Source of the DNA: an uncultured Gammaproteobacteria bacterium
GTDB lineage: Bacteria > Patescibacteriota > Microgenomatia > CAZETR01 > Amesbacteraceae
Assembly (NCBI GenBank): GCA_964366335.1
Contig: CAYITQ010000003.1
Span: forward strand, 1 to 39,736
Length of the DNA: 39,736 nucleotides
Direction of reading: 5' to 3'
Shown piece after piece: positions 35,656-39,736 of the stretch (positions are counted from its first letter, which is position 1; every line of letters starts with the position of its first letter). The position numbers and the translations under genes were made by a program. The notes beneath the pieces were generated by a model. It searched no databases. It was not told where the DNA came from and saw only the letters and a program-made list of their open reading frames with translations.

Positions 35656-36835
35656 ATTTGTTTACTCGCAAAATAACGGAAAAACCAAAAATCAGTATTC
35701 CCATGACCAGAAAGGTGATCCTAAATGAATATTGAGCCATGATTCCAAAGACAACTGACATAACTCCAATATACAACTTATCCAGCATGGCTATCATAGA
35801 TAAAGTGGTAGCTCGAGATTTTTTATCCAATTGTTTATTTATTAGGGCCGAAATAGTCGGTCCTCTGGTAAAGGTGGAGGCGTAAGTAATTATAAATATC
35901 ATAATCACTGCAATTTGATTATTAAAAGTGGCGAACGCCAAATAACCAAGGCTTGGAAAAATACACATTAAATAAAACGCTTTTTTCTCACCTAACCATT
36001 TTTCAAGTTTTGGAAGCTGACTCATTATTAAAAATGCCAACAAACTAGCGAGGGAGAGTGACCAACCAATCCACAACGGGGTAACAGAAAACTTTACGAA
36101 ATATGGTTGATACAAACCTAAGAGTACTCCCGTGAATGAGTCAGTGAGAATTAAAATTGCGACTATCCACTGTAGTTGTTTGTTGGATAATATATAGGTG
36201 AGTCCATTTGAAAATATTTCTCTAGGTGAAAGTTCAAGGTGTTTATAATCAAGTTTAGATTCTTTAAAGAACAAGGACAATAAAAAAGCCATCGTTACAC
36301 TAATGGCAGTAAACAGAATAGCCACCTTAAATTTAGTTAAAGTTAGTGAAGAAACAATTATTCCCCCAATCAGGGGTGCTATCAGTGAACAAATCAAATA
36401 TGCGCTGGCGTTTAGGCGGGTCGCTTTCTTCATTAAAGCGTGGCTGTCTCCTTTGGGTAGGGAGTCGTATAACAAAGCCTCTCCAGCCCCAGAAGCAAAA
36501 GCAAAGCCAATACCAGCCAGAGCTGAGATTAAAGCAAATCCCCAGTAGTTATTTGTAAACAAATACAAATATTCGCCTGCGGTTTGAATAAACAAAGCGA
36601 TTACTACTGACCATTTGCGACCAATTTTATCAGCCAATATCCCCGTCGGAACTTCAGCTAATAAAGAGGAGATTATTAGAATTGATCCCAACGAGCCAAT
36701 TTGACCCAATGAAAGTCCTCGGGTTTGCAAATATAGCGTTCCGATATGATTGTAAAAATACAAATTGGCAAAGAAAGTCACCGCCACCATGAGAGTGGTA
36801 TTGGACATTCTTGATAATTTATTAAACATACACAT
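35636..36835 (-). CDS. MFS transporter
   Basis: EVPTGILADKIGRK motif A, SGAGEALLYDS, ~12 TM helices; GGAGGT SD 5 nt upstream. Confidence 0.92.
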   Translation of the reverse strand: MCMFNKLSRMSNTTLMVAVTFFANLYFYNHIGTLYLQTRGLSLGQIGSLGSILIISSLLAEVPTGILADKIGRKWSVVIALFIQTAGEYLYLFTNNYWGFALISALAGIGFAFASGAGEALLYDSLPKGDSHALMKKATRLNASAYLICSLIAPLIGGIIVSSLTLTKFKVAILFTAISVTMAFLLSLFFKESKLDYKHLELSPREIFSNGLTYILSNKQLQWIVAILILTDSFTGVLLGLYQPYFVKFSVTPLWIGWSLSLASLLAFLIMSQLPKLEKWLGEKKAFYLMCIFPSLGYLAFATFNNQIAVIMIFIITYASTFTRGPTISALINKQLDKKSRATTLSMIAMLDKLYIGVMSVVFGIMAQYSFRITFLVMGILIFGFSVILRVNKYAHSSI

Positions 36836-36848
36836 ATATTACCTCCAC

Positions 36849-36875
36849 AAAAAAACCAGCTCCTTTGGCTGGTCT
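36849..36875 (-). terminator. Intrinsic terminator (attenuator) in the MFS/ABC-F leader
   Basis: Minus strand ACCAGC-CAAAGGA-GCTGGT followed by a U run, just before the SD. Confidence 0.8.
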
Positions 36876-36925
36876 GGATTTTAATGATTAACTATTATTT
36901 AATAATTCACGCAAAGACCAGCCTT

Positions 36926-36961
36926 TTAGGCTTGGGGTTCTTTGGTAGAATTGTTAACCAT
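36926..36961 (-). CDS. Leader peptide uORF MVNNSTKEPQA
   Basis: ATG 7 nt after TATAAT; overlaps the anti-antiterminator hairpin. Confidence 0.65.
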   Translation of the reverse strand: MVNNSTKEPQA

Positions 36962-36968
36962 TACCACT

Positions 36969-36997
36969 ATTATACTACAAACCTATAATAAATTCAA
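36969..36997 (-). promoter_or_regulatory. Sigma70-type promoter of the uORF-MFS-ABC-F operon
   Basis: TTGAAT-17-TATAAT on the minus strand. Confidence 0.75.
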
Positions 36998-37039
36998 TCG
37001 CAAGATTGAAAACTTCGTGGCTAGTAGTATACTGTACTC

Positions 37040-37900
37040 ATGCTTCCAAAAGGATTCAAAATAAGAAAAATGGTTCGTTCAGAATTGAACGTTGCTGCTG
37101 GTTGGGCGGCTAGTGAGGGTTGGAACCCCGGGCTTCATGATACAGATGTCTTTTGGTTAACTGATCCAGGGGGGTTCATGGCACTAGAAAAAGATGGAGA
37201 AATGATAGGGAGTGTATCTGGAGTTTCCTACAATGGAAAATTTGGTTTTGGAGGTTTCTTTATTATTAAACCAGAATACCGGAAAAAAAGACTTGGTACT
37301 GAATTGGCTAATTATTTTCTAGAAACTCTGGCCACCAGACTTAAAAAGGTCGCTGCCATAGGTATAGATGGGGTGTTTAATATGCAACCGACTTATTCTA
37401 AGTGGGGATTCAAATTTTCGCATCGAAATTTAAGAATGGAAAGCAAAGCAGTCAAGAAATCTTTTTCCAAAAATGTTACAAAAATAGCCTCTGAAGATTT
37501 TGATTCAATCAATAAACTCGATAGTAAATGTTTTGGATTTAATCGAACCAATTTTCTGAAAGGCTGGCTTTTCATGCCTGATAGTCTGGGATATAAATAT
37601 ATGCAAAATGGGGAAATAAAAGGTTTTGGAGTAATAAGAAAATGCGTAAAAGGTTATAAGATTGGTCCACTATTTGCTTCCAACTATGAAGTGGCTCATG
37701 AATTGTTCAAGGCTTTATCATGTTACGCAGTAGACGATTTAATTTATCTGGATGTGCCAGAAATTAATCAAGAAGCAATGAAGCTCGCTAAGAATTACAA
37801 CATGATGGAAATGTTTGGCTGTGCCCGTATGTATCTTGGCAAAGCTCCAAAAATACCATACGACCGAGTATTTGGAGTGACGACATTTGAACTTGGGTGA
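37040..37900 (+). CDS. GNAT family N-acetyltransferase (two-domain, YitH-like)
   Basis: EGWNPG, FFIIKPEYR...LG, Y.K.GF, KIGPLFA; TTGAAA-16-TATACT 6 nt before ATG. Confidence 0.9.
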   Translation: MLPKGFKIRKMVRSELNVAAGWAASEGWNPGLHDTDVFWLTDPGGFMALEKDGEMIGSVSGVSYNGKFGFGGFFIIKPEYRKKRLGTELANYFLETLATRLKKVAAIGIDGVFNMQPTYSKWGFKFSHRNLRMESKAVKKSFSKNVTKIASEDFDSINKLDSKCFGFNRTNFLKGWLFMPDSLGYKYMQNGEIKGFGVIRKCVKGYKIGPLFASNYEVAHELFKALSCYAVDDLIYLDVPEINQEAMKLAKNYNMMEMFGCARMYLGKAPKIPYDRVFGVTTFELG

Positions 37901-37967
37901 TGAAATTGAAAATCTCTGAATAAAAATCCCATTGACTTCGGGGAAGGTTAGGAGAAAATATAATCGC

Positions 37968-38219
37968 ACCTTAAAATTTTTGCGTTTGCTTTGAGAAGAA
38001 AAATGTCCGAGCCGATGTTTAGCGGAAAAGGCGAATCCCGAGTAAAGCGAGGGATGAGCCCGGAGAATTCACAGAGAATTGCGAAAACGGGTGCGGACTT
38101 TTTCAAAAACTAGCTCAGAAAGGGAGTCCCCGCGAGTGGCCAGCTCGGCAAAGCCCATTTTGTATCTGACGCCCAGTTGCCGGAGTCAAATCTCAAAGCA
38201 AACGCAAAAATTTTAAGGT
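37968..38219 (+). ncRNA. Candidate structured leader/ncRNA: perfect 29-bp terminal stem closing a loop antisense to the element's attP region
   Basis: 37968-37996 is the exact reverse complement of 38191-38219; loop segments complement 39590-39605, 33263-33357 and 39611-39690. Transcription is inferred, not shown. Confidence 0.6.
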
Positions 38220-38228
38220 CATTTGCCA

Positions 38229-39716
38229 ATGAAGTACATAGCCTACTGCCGGAAAAGTACAGACGAGAAAGACCGTCAGATTTTGAGTATCGAGTCCCAG
38301 ATCCAAGAGATCAAGGACTTTGCTCAAAAACAGAATCTAGAAATAATCGAATTTGCTACTGAAGCCAAGACTGCCAAAGTCCCGGGTCGTTTGGTTTTTG
38401 AGCAAGTCCTAAGAAAGATTGAAAAAGGAGAGGCTCAAGGAATATTTTCCTGGCATCCCGATAGACTTGCCAGAAATTCTGTTGACGGAGGCAGGATTAT
38501 TTACCTACTCGATACTGGCAAATTACTGGATCTCAAATTCCCATCTTTCTGGTTTGAAAATTCACCCCAAGGAAAATTTGTTCTCAATATGGCCTTTGGT
38601 CAATCAAAGTATTACGTTGACAATCTGTCTGAAAATGTTAAAAGGGGACTGAGGCAACAACTGAGAAATGGTGTCTGGCCGGCCAAATCTCCCTACGGCT
38701 ACATTTACAATAAACCAGCCAAGAAACATGAGATTGATCCGATTAAATCTAAGTTCATCAAAAAGGCTTTTCAGCAGTATGCCAGTGGGGAGTGGGGACA
38801 GACACAAATAGCAGACGTACTTTTTGAACATGGTTACTCTAGAAAAAATGGCAAGCCACTTTCATTAAATGAAGTAGTCCATTTCTTAACCAACAAGTTT
38901 TACATTGGTCTGTTCAAATATAACAGTGAATGGCATGAAGGCAGACATGAGCAATTTATTAGTAAAAGCCTTTTTGATGAAGTCCAAAGAAAATTAAGCA
39001 CAAACAAAAAAGTATTTAAAGGACACAAATTTTCCTTTTTGGGACTGGCTAAGTGTGGTGAATGTGGAGCCAGTATCACGGCCGAACACAAAACAAAGAT
39101 CTACAAACGTACCCGGGGTAAAGTTGAATATATTTACTACCGTTGTACCAAGAAGCTCAAACCCTGTACTCAAAAGTATATCCAAGAGCCAGTTCTTGAA
39201 CAGCAACTCAGAAAAATTATTTCTGACGTTGCCTTACCCCAATCGTGGGCAGATCAATGGAATCAATGGTTAGACAGAGATGAGATCACCGAAAAACAAC
39301 AAACTAGTCAAAGAATAACCGAGACTGAAATCGAAACCAAAAGACTGGATGAGAAACTAAACACATTACTAGATGGATATTTAGATGGAACTATTGATGC
39401 CAATATTTACAAGACCAAAAAGAATGAATTATTTGAAAACAAAGTGAAGTTACAAGACCAAATAGTCAAACTTCAGACCCAAGGCTCGAGTTGGCTCGGA
39501 CCAATGCGAGAATTTATAAATATAGCGGTAGATGGGGACAAAACCGCGCGCGCAAAAAATAATGCCGACGAACTTTGTTCCATCGGCAAAAACATCGGCT
39601 CGGACTACTTTTTGACTAACCGGCAACTGGGCGTCAGGTACAAAATGGGCTTTGCCGAGCTGGCCGTTCGCGGGAACTCCTTTTCTGAGCGAGTGAAGGG
39701 AATCGAACCCTCGTGA
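38229..39716 (+). CDS. Large serine recombinase (resolvase, recombinase, zinc ribbon and coiled-coil domains)
   Basis: YCRKS catalytic Ser, DRLARN, PYGY, CGECG...YYRC; last codons run antisense through tRNA-Gly. Confidence 0.95.
   Translation: MKYIAYCRKSTDEKDRQILSIESQIQEIKDFAQKQNLEIIEFATEAKTAKVPGRLVFEQVLRKIEKGEAQGIFSWHPDRLARNSVDGGRIIYLLDTGKLLDLKFPSFWFENSPQGKFVLNMAFGQSKYYVDNLSENVKRGLRQQLRNGVWPAKSPYGYIYNKPAKKHEIDPIKSKFIKKAFQQYASGEWGQTQIADVLFEHGYSRKNGKPLSLNEVVHFLTNKFYIGLFKYNSEWHEGRHEQFISKSLFDEVQRKLSTNKKVFKGHKFSFLGLAKCGECGASITAEHKTKIYKRTRGKVEYIYYRCTKKLKPCTQKYIQEPVLEQQLRKIISDVALPQSWADQWNQWLDRDEITEKQQTSQRITETEIETKRLDEKLNTLLDGYLDGTIDANIYKTKKNELFENKVKLQDQIVKLQTQGSSWLGPMREFINIAVDGDKTARAKNNADELCSIGKNIGSDYFLTNRQLGVRYKMGFAELAVRGNSFSERVKGIEPS
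39620..39690 (+). repeat. Right att arm inside the recombinase CDS; inverted repeat of 38113-38183
   Basis: 66/71 identity to the reverse complement. Confidence 0.95.
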
Positions 39717-39736
39717 CAACTTTGGAAAAGTTGCGT
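39688..39736 (-). tRNA. tRNA-Gly(TCC), 3' part, truncated by window end
   Basis: CAACT-TTTCCAA-AGTTG anticodon arm; GAGGG-TTCGATT-CCCTT T-arm; CACTCGC-T acceptor strand. Confidence 0.9.

Larger units (their letters stand above)
33263..39690. mobile_element. Integrative element (~6.4 kb) at the tRNA-Gly 3' end, large serine recombinase type; core TGAGC at 33263-33267 and 39686-39690
   Basis: Joining the two cores continues the recombinase ORF in frame; the internal inverted copy at 38022-38183 spans exactly that junction. Confidence 0.85.

Noticed and set aside
38022-38183. Diversity-generating retroelement template/variable repeat pair
   Set aside because: Repeats are inverted rather than direct and no reverse transcriptase gene is present in the window.
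38177-38362. 61-aa ORF overlapping the recombinase start as a directionality factor
   Set aside because: TTG start inside the repeat, out-of-frame overlap with the catalytic domain and no recognisable motif; not supportable from sequence alone.

Overview
Gene-dense, low-GC bacterial window, standard code. The gene families, tRNAs without encoded CCA and apparently leaderless genes suggest a Patescibacteria/CPR genome (inference). About 1-25.9 kb is mostly core: redox/thioredoxin genes, a REP-associated tyrosine transposase with its palindromes, a beta-CASP RNase, a tRNA cluster interleaved with nuclease genes and two degenerate tRNA-Lys copies, sugar-phosphate and glycogen operons sharing a perfect 30-bp palindrome, obgE, cell-wall genes and pyrH. 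About 26-33.26 kb is an AT-rich accessory/defence block. 33263-39690 is a ~6.4-kb integrative element at the 3' end of tRNA-Gly (core TGAGC). It carries an attenuator-controlled MFS + ABC-F operon, a GNAT and a large serine recombinase whose C-terminus would change on excision. The standout is the ~250-nt recombinase leader (37968-38219): a perfect 29-bp stem closes a ~190-nt loop that is an antisense, circularly permuted copy of the element's reconstructed attP junction, with mismatches biased to G-U. This suggests an RNA (or ssDNA) device that senses or directs recombination. All alignments were done by eye and protein calls rest on motif recognition, not database searches.
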